DNA of 64,000 nucleotides from Octopus vulgaris (taxonomy: Eukaryota). A program made the translations under genes and the position numbers. Below the pieces are notes generated by a model that saw nothing but the letters and a program-made list of their open reading frames with translations, had not been told where the DNA came from and ran no database searches. Below, piece after piece: positions 43,711 through 57,019 of the stretch; within the stretch, counting starts at the first letter, position 1; each line of letters begins with the position of its first letter. The stretch is taken from NCBI GenBank assembly GCA_951406725.2, contig OX597815.1, positions 94,178,001-94,242,000 of the forward strand, read 5' to 3'.

Positions 43711-44245
43711 CTCTTCTATTTTTTAAATATTATAAAACTTCTACTGAGGAGGGAGCCGGTTTCCAACAAAGATATAAGGCTCTATCTTTGGGATGTTGTT
43801 AACACAGACAAATTCACATTTGGAACGTGCGAAAAATCTTGCATATTTTTACTGTTCCACTCACAGATTGCACTTGTAATGTACGAATTAGCCGGTCGAT
43901 TTCTCTTTCTGAAAACCCCAATTTATCCAGATTCTCCTTTAAGCATTTACTAACAAAACCTAGTGCTCCAATTATTATTGGTATGAATATGAATTCATAG
44001 TTTGGATATAGAAGCTGGAGGTTCTGAATCATTTGTCCAAAGATATCCTCTTTTTCTTTGATTTTCAAAGAGATATTTATATTTGCAGGGCAGCTGACCT
44101 CTATGATGGTATATGCCTTTGCCCCTCTGTCCCAAACAACAATATCCGGCCTATTATGTTTACATTTGACAGGCGTTTTACATTTTAATGGGAATATTCG
44201 ACCAGTATTCCTTGAGTTGGTGTTTATGAATGTATCCATAACAGA
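43711..44245 (-). mobile_element. 3' end of an RLE non-LTR retrotransposon flanked by (CATA)n
   Basis: Intact frame KCKHNRPDIVVWD..TIIEVSCP...KE...FIPIIIGALG. About 100-nt 3'UTR. (TATG)n on both sides. Confidence 0.85.
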
Positions 44246-44314
44246 GTATGTACGTACTTATGTATGTATGTATGTATGTATGTATGTATGTATGTATGTA
44301 TGTATGTATGTATG

Positions 44315-44345
<31 letters not shown>

Positions 44346-44374
44346 GTATGTACCTATGCATGTATTTATGTATT

Positions 44375-44415
<41 letters not shown>

Positions 44416-44464
44416 TCGTATTTATATGCATAAGTATGTATAATATATATATATACATGCGTAC

Positions 44465-44507
<43 letters not shown>

Positions 44508-44859
44508 GCATATGTGTGTGAGTGTTTGTAATAGTATGTATATACTTGGATGTACATATACATATATACTTATACTCTTACAAGGTGCGCCGGGTAACTG
44601 AGAGCAAAAGGAAAATACAGGGGGAAAAAGCAAAATAAGAAAAAAAAACAGTATGCTCCTAAAACAACGGCTGTTACGTTTCAGCAAGATACAGCGAAGA
44701 AGCAGGCCATACAACAAAATTATTCTCAGACCAAATGACAGTCTCGACGTGGCTATAGAAGTGATTATATGCAAAAAGACGAGATCTCATATCAAGCAAT
44801 CCATAATCTTCAAGGTCGGAAGGCTAGAAGGTCATATGATATTGAGGTCACTTAATAAC

Positions 44860-45300
44860 AGAGTTATTCCAGACATTTAGACTCGAACTTGATGTCCTCG
44901 TAGACCACACGTTTGATCGTAGACTTCGGCACTGCGCCAACATGAGCTGCTCGGTGAGGGCCCTCATCGACTTGCTAAGGTTATCGTTGATGATGTCCAA
45001 GAATTGCTGGTCATCATCAACGAACCATTTGAACGCTTATAATGTTTCCATCTTTTGGCCACTGTGACAGATCTCGGCCAGATGTCTCCTACGTTTTCCT
45101 GACTCTGGACACGTTTTAGAAGCTAGCGATCTCCGAATTGGTGTCGTTAGCAGCTAGAGTCACGAGCCTAATATGACTTTTCATATCTGACGTTCTGTCA
45201 GATAAGAATCTGCCATTTTTATTTATGCCGTTGATACGTTTGAAATAGAAATGAGAAAGTTCAAATTTGCGCATGCCACTTAACATTACATTTGTAGCCC
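44860..45300 (-). mobile_element. Tc1/mariner-superfamily transposase N-terminal remnant
   Basis: Minus-strand pieces read NDNLSKSMRALTEQL and TIKRVVYEDIKF, resembling the second HTH of Tc1/mariner transposases. Heavily decayed. Confidence 0.4.
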
Positions 45301-46425
45301 CATTAAATTTGCATTCACAAACACACAAACACACACACACACTCACACATGCACATATATACACACGATCGTGTGCGTGTGTGTGTTTGTATGTGCTTAA
45401 TCCAGAACAGTCCCTAAAGTAATTTCTCATTCTTACTGGTGTGTTTAAGTGTGTAACTATGTATCTATGGACGCCTCTATTTCTCCATTCTTTCTATGCC
45501 TGTCTCTTTAATACCATCTCTTTCTCTCTGAGCAAATACTTACCATATCTTTCTTTGTCTTACCTCATCGTCATTTTCTTTCTGGTTCTCTCTCTTTAAT
45601 CTCTATCACTGTATCATTATCTCTTTATCTCATTATCTCGTTATCTCATTATTACGCACTGTGCCTCCCTCTTCATCTGTATATTTGATTGCTTATCTAT
45701 CTATGTTTCAAATCAGCCATTTCTCTCCTACTGCTGGGTAGAGGCCTTTTTACTATTCTCTCTATAACTTTCGACTGTGGGTCTCCGATTACCGATTTTT
45801 GTCAAAGAATGTTATTTTGTATATATGTATACATACATACATACATGCATAAACACACACATGCACACACATACATATGCATACACATGTAAGAAGTAAA
45901 AGGCATTAATAAACACAGGCAGATATCTATAAATCACTCAATGTTAAGCGAATTTGGCTAACTATATCAAGGAATCTTATACCAATAAATTCAAGTAGAA
46001 TTACCATCAAAGATAATTTTTCATGTATGTCAAGTAAATCCAAATATCGCTTAGAAGAATTTCAAGAAATTCTGAGTATAAGACAAGGGCACAAATGGTT
46101 AAAATCTCATATTCAATTGATGATTACATCAGACATAACCGACGATCCTTTTTATTGTGCCAGCATATTTAGATACAGAAAAAAGGTATAAAATACCAGT
46201 CAAATTAATATATCCGAAAACATATACTAATACAATATTATCTAGGCAATCCAAAATGGCCTAAATTCAAAGTGAACTAAGAAAATATCATTTACAGACA
46301 AACGTTTACAGAAAGAACTTTAGGAAAAATATAATCTAAGAAAAGCCAGTTAGTATTTAACTTTTGATGACGTCAGTAGATAATGAAAAAAATCAAAAAT
46401 AAACATATAAATTCCACATCATAAC

Positions 46426-46795
46426 TGTCGTGTATTGAACTCCTAATGAATATTTAACAAATGCATGAAGAAAGCAAGTCTCGTCAAATATACGGCACAG
46501 AAAAGTGCGTGTACTGCGATCGTCGCAAACGAAAATAAAAGCTGGATAGCTAGTTTCGACCAACTGCTCCCGTCGACGGACAGTTGTCAACCTGCCCGGG
46601 TAGAAATCGACTCGAGGTTAGGCAATGGCAACTGCGGCGTCAAGGTAGAGAAATCCGAACCTCAAACGCATGGAGTCGACGAGATGATGATTGGAGAAAA
46701 CTGGCGTTCTGGCAGAATATGACATCTACCGAATCGTCTTATTGAGGTGGCGAGTGTCGTGTATTGAACTTCTAGTGAATATATAGCAAATGCTG
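46426..46795 (+). mobile_element. Possible TRIM or small LTR element
   Basis: TGTCGTGTATTGAAC repeat starts at 46426 and 46755. Purine tract before the second copy. CA then TGG (PBS-like) at 46623-46628. Confidence 0.45.
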
Positions 46796-47601
46796 TATAT
46801 TTGTTTAAATAATTAAAAATCGCCAATCACATGGCATGTATGAGTTCTATGTGGACTCGTCCGTTTATTTTTCTCAAATATATTGCGGTTAAAGTAAACG
46901 GACACAAAATTGATTCCATCGCTACAGGACCACTTTATATCATAGTCAATGTTCTTGTCTTTTAAATCCCAAATGCATTTCTAAGACTCGTAGAATTACA
47001 TTTACTTCTAAACTGAAATGAAGAAAAATGATTATGCAATCGAGATTTCCAAATTAGTTATGTATTAAATATGCTAAACAATCAGATTTTAGGAGAAGCA
47101 ATTATAATTAATAGGTTATTTACTATTGACATATTTAAATGCTTTTCTATATTTATGAGAACATTTCAATGTAAAACTATTTCTACAATTTAATAAGACT
47201 AATTTTGAAGTAATTATATAATACATTTCCTCAAGGTAAAGATTACATTTAGAATTACCAGTATTGTACGATGGCGCGTGATTGATAATGAACAACTTTA
47301 TATCATAGTTAATGTTCTTGTCTTTTAAATCTCACATGCATTTACTAAGATTCGTAGAATAGCATTCTTTTAAGCTTAAATGAAGAATGATTATATAATC
47401 TACATTTCCAAAGTGTAGCTGAAGAACCTATGTAAAAATACCTACGATTCCTTGTAATGACCTCACATTGACACACTATATTCTTCTTTAAATATAGTCT
47501 TTCTATTATTTATATATACGTTTTTCTTAATATTAACGTTATCAACATTAAATGCTCTTTTGCTGGAACTTCTACGTTTAAAGTTATACGCATCTATAGG
47601 C

Positions 47602-47668
<67 letters not shown>

Positions 47669-49027
47669 CATTATTATTATTAATGTACACCAACCATATA
47701 TATGCATACACACATACACTAGCGGTGTTCTATATACAACACATTATACATCATAAATTACATATACGTCGTTATTTTGATCTAATGCTTATCAAGTACC
47801 TATAGGGATTTAGCTTAAGCCTGCCCAAACTCTACACAAGTCAGCGAATGCTTTATTTGCCGATATTTATTTTATTTTTTTATTGGAATTTGAGTTTCAG
47901 CTTAGCCCAGAATGAACCCTGCTTTCTGTTACTGAGGAGGTTAAATCAAGTCGAAACCCCGATGTCTAACGATCCGCTGACCTTATTCTGAGCGTGCTGT
48001 GTTTTTAGCAAACGCGTCTTCGAAGTGTAGTTTCTCCGAGACAAATTACTACAGCTAGTTTGTATATAAATTATGCTTGACAAATATGTTCTTATCTTAA
48101 TTTAATGATGTTTCAAATGGGCGCCAATGCATACATGCACACATAAATACATGCAAGCACACATATACATATCTATATAAATATATGTACGCACATACGC
48201 ACGCACGCGCGCACACACACATACACACAAAAACATGCACGCACACACACGCATCATCACACATATGTTAACTGTTGAGCAAATAGTTGTACTTTAGTGA
48301 TTTAATGTTTTAGCGAAAATATTACATGCCAAAGATGCAATACCACCCATTGCAAGTTTCCATTGAATTAATTGATAATCAAGTAGGGATTTCCATTGAA
48401 TTAATTCGTAATCAATTAGTGTACCCCGTATCTCATTTGACACAAGATTTCTTTTTCTTACAATTCTCTCTTCATTTCGATTATAATTTTAAGAAATTAG
48501 AATTTTGAGTAGTCCCTACAATGTTAATATCAAATATTACTTAACTCATAATATCAAGGGTCACTACTCAGAGAAATATGGGGGCCGTTGGTGTGCATAA
48601 CCTCATCCGCACTTAAAGCCAAAGCAGAATTAAAAAGATTTGTTCTGTATTTTCAGCCGTACTCTCTTGCTTCAAGAATTGTGTAAGACATTTGTTTCAG
48701 TCGAATAAATCAATGATAATAGTTAGTACTGGTATTTAATTTGATATATACTAGGAGAAAGAAGTTCAAAATTGATATTGGTGGATTTTAAATCCAGAAC
48801 GTAAATGGTCGTAACTTAAAAAATGATGCTTTAACGAATCTACTCATAAATTACCTTGAATGACTGGAACAACCAGTTACTGACATCGAGATTTCACGCC
48901 CCACTATAACATACTGGCTTGATGGTGCCGCGAGTATATCTTTATTTTCATTTTAACCTTCATTTTGTTTCATTTTAGTTATTCTTTATTTCACTTTCTG
49001 ATTGAAAATATTTCCTTGATGTAGAGA

Positions 49028-49935
49028 TTTGATGCTCCATACAATGATATTGATATTCGGTAGTCTTTCAGGTTCCACATATAGCTTGCTAGCTTTGTGC
49101 TTTTTTTGCGTGTTTAAAAGAAGGCGGGTGGTTGGCGTATCCTTTTATGGAATCATTTTCTCTCAATCCAAAATATTGAGATGTATAGCTTATTGATGTA
49201 TAGCTTATTTGGCCTCATTAAAAAAAATAATTCTGTATTGGTGTAGGTATAGCAATATGGTTAAGCACACCGCTTCGTAATCAAGTGGTTTCTGATGAAA
49301 TCTCATTTTGATCAGAGCTTGTAATTGCTCAGACTCAAAATAATATGGTTACTCCGCAAGGAGTATGAGAAAAAAAAGCAAGAAAAAAAAACGAGAAAAT
49401 ATATGGGCAAAAATGAGAAAGACCGTTAAGAAACATTTTGAGGCAAATGAATATAACTCTTAATGAAATTTATGATATGTCCCTTTAAACTGTTAAATGA
49501 AGAATATTGACCGCAACTTCAGAAACCCAGATACATGCCCATTAGATCAGGTATGCAGTGTTAACTCAATCGTCTACGAAGCCGGGGGTCACCTCCGTTA
49601 CCCAAATAAGGAAACCGAAAGAATATTTTGGATTGAGAGAAAATGATTTCATAAAAGGATACACCAACCACCCGCCTTCTTTTAAACACGCAAAAAAAGC
49701 ACAAAGCTAGCAAGCTGTATGTGGAACCTGAAAGACTACCGAATATCAACATCATTGTATGGAGCATCAAAAGAGATCTAGAATATTCATAAACGGGTCA
49801 AAAAGTGCAGGTTTTGCATAGCTGAAAGAACACATATCTTTATTAGATTGAAGAACTGCACCAACCTCTTATTCTTGAGGCCAGAGATCTTCACAAGATG
49901 CAACCATCTCGACAAGTTTCTATTATCGAACTGAA
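49028..49935 (+). mobile_element. Penelope-like GIY-YIG remnant with an inverted 150-bp duplication
   Basis: CPLDQVCSVNSIVYEA and KCRFCIAE..EIFTRCNH on +. 49028-49177 is the reverse complement of 49622-49771. Confidence 0.7.
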
Positions 49936-51424
49936 AGACGCACTTAGATCACTTTAGCCTTTCCTCAATTCAACTACATCCATGAGGCATATTTTTTCTA
50001 AAGATGGCGACATATAATAAAATCACATTAAACATTTAACATTAACAATATACTTCATTTAATGAGTTGAAAGAATATAACATGGATACCATAACAGAAT
50101 TCTTCTTCTTTTCCTTTAAAAAGTTTCTTAAGGATTTTCTTCTCGTATTCCCTACAGAATAGCCATATTATTTTGAAAGTGAGAGTACAGGGAAATAGTT
50201 TACGCTCGTCAAGGACGGGGAGAACAATTTTACATCGAGGCTGGTATTAGTTAAAGTCAGGAATCTGAAGAAACTAGTGAGGTTCTGAATTAACAACATT
50301 GGTAATAAAATCAAAGAAGAATTTTTTGATATCAGTAAGCCTGATGTCCTCGAAGAGTGAAAATGTCTAATGGTTCGCACAAGATTTTCGATAGGATAAT
50401 AGTGTAATGGTCGGCGGAAGTGAAAAGGGAGTGAATTGGGTAAGTGGTGGAGACAGAAAGAAATGGAATGGCGATCATGATGAATAAGAATAAAGTATAG
50501 GTTATAGGGAAGAGTGTTTGAGAAAGATGTCGTTTGTGTGAGAGGCGGGATGTACTATGAATTAACGAGGAAGAATGATGGTTGGTGTAATAGATGGTGA
50601 GAAGAACTGGTAGCGTGAGTAAGATAGGTAGATAAGTAGATAGATTTAGTAATATGACAGTTAGACAAATAGATAGATAATATAACTAGATGTACATAGA
50701 CATACATAAATATACAAGAAGATAGAGAGGTAGGTAGATACAGATTGATAGATAAATAGGTGGGTGATGAGGTAGGGATATTTCCTTAATGATTTTAGCT
50801 TGCAAAATCCTTAACGAGAAATCGTGGGTTGAAACAAAATTTGATGCATCTCAGAGTCATGATGCCAAAAATAAACACATGCACGGTGCGTGTGTTTATT
50901 ACTGGCGTAATGACCCTCTTAATGCAGGAATAGCTTAATGGCTAAATGGATAAATGACAGGACTGACTGATTAATTGCTTTTCAGGTTTCTTATTGAGTG
51001 GTTGATAAAGAGTTAAAAGTCAGGTAGCAATATTGGGTAAGGCTATAAAAATCTTCTGAGTGCCGTTCTGCTCTCAATTGAGGTTATTAAGTGAAGAGAT
51101 ATAATTACAGTACCTTAAATAAAGTTTACCCCTCAACAATGTCAGCTAATCATAAAAATGACAATGACTTCACACTTTATATTAGGTAGTTGGAAGAGGC
51201 TGTGCTACAGATGTCTGCTAATACTGCAATAATAATAATGATTATAATTTTGCAAGGAAGAGGTTTGTCGAAGCCATTGACCCCAGCACTTAACTGGTAC
51301 TTTATGTTATATCAGCCCCGAAAGAATGAACGAGAAAGATGACTTTGGCAGAATTTCAACTCAGAACGTAATGAGTTAGAAGAAATACCGGTTAGCATTT
51401 TTGTCAGACGCTCTAAAGGAATTG

Positions 51425-51721
51425 TCGAGAGGAATTCTTTGGGGGATTGAATAAATCACTTCTGGAAACATGGGTGTTTCGTTCATCATCCTCAAACAAA
51501 CCTTATTCAGGGACCTTTTGAGTGGGATGGGCTAATCAACTTGAAGAAAATTCTAACTGGGTCCCACCTGCAATGTCACCTGCTGTTTATCATGAAATGA
51601 GACCACCATGTTGCGCACATATGGTTGTGATGCACGTGCTTGGTGTACCCTTATCAGACGGGTAGCTATGATTGGCATACTGGACTTCGTATCTTTGATG
51701 GCATGCATTGCTCTTTCACTC

Positions 51722-51722
<1 letters not shown>
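51425..51722 (+). mobile_element. About 530-bp repeat family, 5'-truncated copy 3
   Basis: Matches the 3' half of 16252-16785. (AAT)n tail. Confidence 0.75.
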
Positions 51723-51767
<45 letters not shown>

Positions 51768-53135
51768 GTAATAATAACAATAGTAATAATGGTTATTATT
51801 CTTATTTATATTACTACTATCATTTTTTATGATTTAAACACAAAACCAGCAATTTTAGTGGGTGGTATGGAATTAGTCGTTTATATCGACTTCAGTATTT
51901 ATGTTAATTTAATCGAACTCAGAAGAATGTAAAGCATAGTTGATCTCAGATGGATTTGAACTTACTTGGATCGTATTTCAATACTAGAGGTAGCTTGGAC
52001 AAAAGCAACTACATTGACGACGTCATTTCTGTTGTGAGTTTGTGTGTATGTGTCAGTGTTACTGTTGTTTATATCGTCGCCGAAAAGTTTCTCAGACTTT
52101 CTAAAAAACATTTTTCTGAAGACCTTATTGAGCTAGACACTTTATTCCACGCTGCTCCAGTTCATTCAGCTGGCAATGAAGAGTTGTATCTTGGAACGGT
52201 GGCGTCGAGAGGGAAGGCTGGTATGCATGGGTGACTGCTGGTCTCCCATAAACAACCTTGCCCGGACTTGTTCCTCGGAGGGTAACTTTCTAGGTGCAAT
52301 CTAGGTGAAATCTCTTGGGTCATTCATGACCGAAGGGGTCTACCCTTTACCATACATTAGTATAAATTAGTGTTGAATTGTAAGAGGTTTCGGACTATCA
52401 GTGTCAGGGAAGTCGAGTCGATGTATTTGTGTAATAATATAAAACCACGAAAATGTTTCCACTTTTAAATAGTTTATCACAGTTTAAATATTTGTAAATA
52501 AAAAGAAAAGAATGATACTATTACAAGTATACAGCGAAATGAATATCTCTGAATATATTTCTTTATTTACTATCCAGGGTTGCATTTTTATCATTTTCTT
52601 TCCTCCGCATATATCTGCTTGTAACATCAAAGTTCATTGTCTAAGTTTCGACGAACTTGCATATTTTGTTCGGTCGATATCTATTATTTATTGCTTGAAT
52701 GTTTCCAATTTCCGGAACTTCTCTTATTCCATATAACATAAATCTTATTCCAATGTTTGAATTATCTGCAATATTTTTTTTATCGATGTAAAACATCGTT
52801 TTCATCAGATCCTTTTGTTTCAATACTTGATAGTTTATAAGCTTGAAATCAGTTGTTTTAACCAAGGTCATCTCCAATCGAGCAGACATACAGTAAGCAG
52901 GTAGTCGGCTAAACGACTAGCTGAAATCCACAGATCGATAGCTCCGAATATAGTAAAGACTGCTGTTACATTTAACCCTATATTTTCATGCAAACATTGA
53001 TTTTTTTTTTACTTAAAGGAGGAAGGGTAATAGAAAGAGATGTTATTCCTTTGGACATCTGACCCTTATGCTTGCAGCGGAATGAAGCCCGTTAAATACA
53101 GTCAAGGTCCAGGGAGCGGTGTTGAGCCAAAAAAT

Positions 53136-53348
53136 ATTCTTTTCTACTCTAGGCACAAACCTGAAATTTTTTGAGAGGGGGCCAGTCGATTAGATCGACC
53201 CCGATACGCAACTGGTACTTAATGTATCGACCCCGAAAGGATGAAAGGCAAAGTCAACCTCGGCGGAATTTGAACTCAGAACGTAAAGACAGACGAAATA
53301 CCGCTAAGCATTTCGCCCGGCATGCTAGCGTTTCTGCCAGCTCGCCAC
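53136..53348 (-). mobile_element. tRNA-derived SINE (OR-like, tail type 2)
   Basis: Head ggcgagctggcagaaacgctagc and B box gagttcaaattcc on the - strand. Confidence 0.82.
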
Positions 53349-53585
53349 TTTTGAGCCAAAAAATATTTTAAGCCTACTCCACACACCACACAAAGCAAAA
53401 CAAAGTTAAAAGGGTTCACTCAATGGCTTTTTACTCGTAGTACTTCAAACTGAACACCAATCAAATCACTGTTATTAGTCTCGGATATTTTACGTGGTTT
53501 ATGAGAACCATCCCTCCGTCACCCCAGACTACACTTATTTAAAAAAATCCCTATAAAATAAAGTTATTTATTATATACATAACGT

Positions 53586-53780
53586 AAGGGTGCAAGCTGG
53601 CAGAACGCTTAGCGGCATTTCACCCGTCTCTACGTTCGGAGTTCAAATTCTGCCGAGATCAACTTTGTCTTTCATGTTTTCGGGAGTTAATAAAGAAGTA
53701 CTAGCTGAGCACTGGGTTCGCTGTAATCAACATTTCCATCCCCACAAAATTGCGCGTGTTGTGCCAAAATTTGAAACCAT
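53586..53780 (+). mobile_element. Diverged OR-like SINE
   Basis: agctggcagaacgcttagcggcatttc...gagttcaaattctgccgag. Confidence 0.7.
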
Positions 53781-53857
53781 TACCATAATTATTAAATTAT
53801 TATAAGTGTGTCAAAAGCAGAAAGAATTATACATATAACGTTTTCTTTTTACTGCAG

Positions 53858-54036
53858 GAGTTTACAAGGACAAAAGAGATCAAGTTTCCAAAATTCGATT
53901 TATCACTGATTTTGACAACGATGGAGACAAATGGGTTTGCAAAATTTCTGTTGAAGGTATGCCAGAACCGAAAGTTTACATCTATAAATTCAACGAAGCT
54001 TATTCGTCCACTGATTTGATGGGTACAACTTTCACA
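53858..54036 (+). CDS. FABP: FABP/iLBP-family gene, coding exon 2 (G-VYKDKRDQVSKIRFITDFDNDGDKWVCKISVEGMPEPKVYIYKFNEAYSSTDLMGTTFT)
   Basis: Polypyrimidine tract plus ctgcag acceptor. 179 nt, open in phase 1 continuing exon 1. DGDKW and FNEAY..TDLMG match FABP DGDxW and GEEF.ET.DG. Phase-0 donor aca|gtaagc. Confidence 0.85.
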
Positions 54037-55044
54037 GTAAGCACTTACTTGATTCTTAAAACTGTTTCTCAAAAGCCACATGGCTTGAATTCATCATTGC
54101 AAGCTAAGAAAACAGGCCACCTTTATTGCTTCTTCGCTGATTATTGCATAATGTAAGGGCATGTGTGGGGAAAGAGTGCCAGGTATGTTTAGATCTTACT
54201 GGAATCTCTCCAGTGTAGCATAAATGTAACCAGGAAAATCACGAAGTAAATGTATAATAAAGTACGCTTGCTGTCAGAAAATTAGGACTGTTTAAAGAAA
54301 AAAAAAAAAAGAATTACGCAGAAAAAAAGAAAAGCTCAAGCAATTCTATTGTTCAGCACCATCTATTGTACATTATTATACACCTACAGAGTAATCGTTC
54401 CATCACTACTTCGGCACATACAGTAATGACTGTGCTTCACCGGTGAAATCCCAATAAGGCCAAAGAGGTTGTTTCACTTCGGTACTTGCAAAAATAATTA
54501 AAAATGATATTAGTTAATGACTAATATTATTTTTTTCCTCATCGTATAATGTTTTCAGGTAACTGTTTAAAATTAGCTTTTCATTACCTATTCGTTGGTT
54601 TATAAGACGCACCTCAATAATGCGAATCCTTTTCTTAAAAAAGTCTCTGCAAAGCCTGTTTTTCACTGACATTCGTCACCCACTTTACAATCAGGTCATT
54701 TTAAAGTTTGATGTACTAAGATCTATAGTGAAATATTAACTATTTCCCATTAAAAACCTTAAGCCTTTCGTTGCTATATTTCTAATTAAAATTAATCCCC
54801 TACATATTTCGGCTAATTTAAAATAGTTTAAATTAGTTCTATAAAGTGGTTATAATATCTTTTTTTTTATTTATTTATGAACAAAAACTTCTTATATAAA
54901 TTTATTACGCGATCTTTGTTTCAAAACTCTTAATTGTAAATCAGTACTGGTAAATTCTGAAATAATGAAGATATTTAAATTTTGTTATATAAAAACAATA
55001 GTCAATAGTCAATATAATATGATATAATACATAATATAATATAT

Positions 55045-55249
55045 GTTTCTTTATTACCCACAAGGGGCTGAACATAGAGGGGAGAAACAAGGATAGACAA
55101 ACGAATTAAGTCGATTACATCGACTCCAGTGCGTAACTGGTACTTAATTTATCGACCCCGAAAGGAAGAAAGGCAAAGTCAACCTCGGCGGAATTTCAAC
55201 TCAGAACGTAACGGCAGACGAAATACGTGCTAACGGTTCTGCCAGCTCA
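55045..55249 (-). mobile_element. OR-like SINE (tail type 1)
   Basis: Matches 12005-12215. Confidence 0.8.
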
Positions 55250-57019
55250 CGAGGTGGTATCAAAAAGTTTCCAGGCTAGTTTTATAGCTCACAGTGAGAA
55301 CTAGAAGTAATCTTAATGAGGCAGTGTGCAGAGTGGCATCACTGTGTTTACTTCGCAAGTAATGAAATTTGTGTTTTTGTGATCACGTGTATGGTGTAGT
55401 CTGTGATTTTGTCAAGGACAGGAACAAATTGAAGTATGGTCCTGTCAGCCATGTAATCCTCATTGTCATCAAATATTCTCAAAATCAAAAGAATAATTTT
55501 CTTCACACACTAGATCATACTCTGTGCTCTCAATGTTATTGTCATATTTTTTGAATGACTGTACAAGTGTCTCTGTTTTAATCATATCACAAGTATTTTG
55601 ACCTACTGGTTATTGTAGGCCTCTTGATAGGATTTGATGCCGTTATTTAATTGCTATGGAGTGCAGTCCATTTATTCCCATGCAACCCCCGAAAACAATT
55701 TTTTAATTGATACATCAAGGAGGTTTGGTTGACATGTTAATGTTCCTAGTGTAACGATAATTTTTACTTTTAAGCTTTTTCCTTCACACTTAATGGCTTT
55801 TGTTAAGTAAGCCGAGTACTGGTCCTATATAAGAAGTGACGTCTCTTTTGAGGATTCCATCAGGTTGCTGTAAACACAACTTTTCAAGCAACTACCCTAT
55901 CCATCCATTCTATAGGGTGAACATGATTAACAAAATAAGTCCTTTGATTAATGTTTTTTCTCTTTAGTTTTAGTAAAGGTGGTAATTTGGGCTATCAAAA
56001 AAAAGTCAGTTATGTCGTATAAGTAAGGACATCAGACATCAGTAAAACTTCATCCATGTTTGCTATCTATCTTATTTCAAAATTGTTTTTCTTTTCTAAA
56101 AGTTTATAATATATTTGTGAAACTCAAATATTTTGCCCTTACATTCCACATACGTTTGTGTTATTTCTGTACTAGATCACATCACTAATCCATTCCGTTA
56201 CGTAAATCTATCATACCATCCCTCAGTTTTTGAAATATTCTCACGCTCTTTTGCAATTAATTTTGCTTTAGTATAAAAGTTATTTGTGTGTGTCTGCGGA
56301 AGTTATGCTTCGGTTTCACTGCTTGCTGGAGTAGTTGTCCTTTTTTTCGGCAGTTATGTATAATTGTCTCATCTGGATGTGATCCAAAATGTTTTCTAGC
56401 AGGTCCGTTACCATTTCCGTGTCAAATTTTATTAATTGTAACTTATCAACAATTGTAAATATTGTATTTTAAGCTAAATCATTTTATGAAAGAGGTCTGT
56501 CTCAATTGTGTTATAATAAAAGAGGATCGTTTCTGCCAACTAAATTTTATGATGACTGCTGACCTCCAACAAGTGAAACACAGTGATATAGAACCGGCCA
56601 CTAGTTTAAATGTATGGTCAAGAGTTGTCACGTAATTCTTTTCCTAGGTGTTATTTTATATGAAGTACTATTGATATGTGTTGCAAACCTCGAAAATACT
56701 AATATAATTCGAAAGCAATTTCGCAAGAGAGATGCCTGAAATTTACTTTGTTGAGCTATGCAGCCCTGAACCATCATTCGCCAATAATCCAATCCTGTTG
56801 CTGCGTTTATAAAACGCAAACTGATGTTCAGGGATATGTTTTTTGAGAAAATAGCGCCTTTTAAGCAGCCATCAAAATATGGTAAATATATTTGTCCAAC
56901 CTCTTATTTTTTATACTGTTGTGCCTCTGAACTAATTCTGAGCTAATAAGTCAAAGAATTAATATTGTTCATCTTCACAGTAATCTTTTTCTCTAATCTA
57001 TCTCTTTGTTCATCTTCAG

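Noticed and set aside
46932-47412. Diverged direct repeat of about 120 bp (46932-47053 and 47295-47412)
   Set aside because: No termini, PBS or PPT; looks like an old local duplication.
50338-50370. CTGATGT-cCTC/GAGt-GAAA-ATGTC, and similar weak motifs at about 29815-29850, 49281-49325 and 52770-52812
   Set aside because: Multiple core or stem defects; cannot be distinguished from chance by eye.
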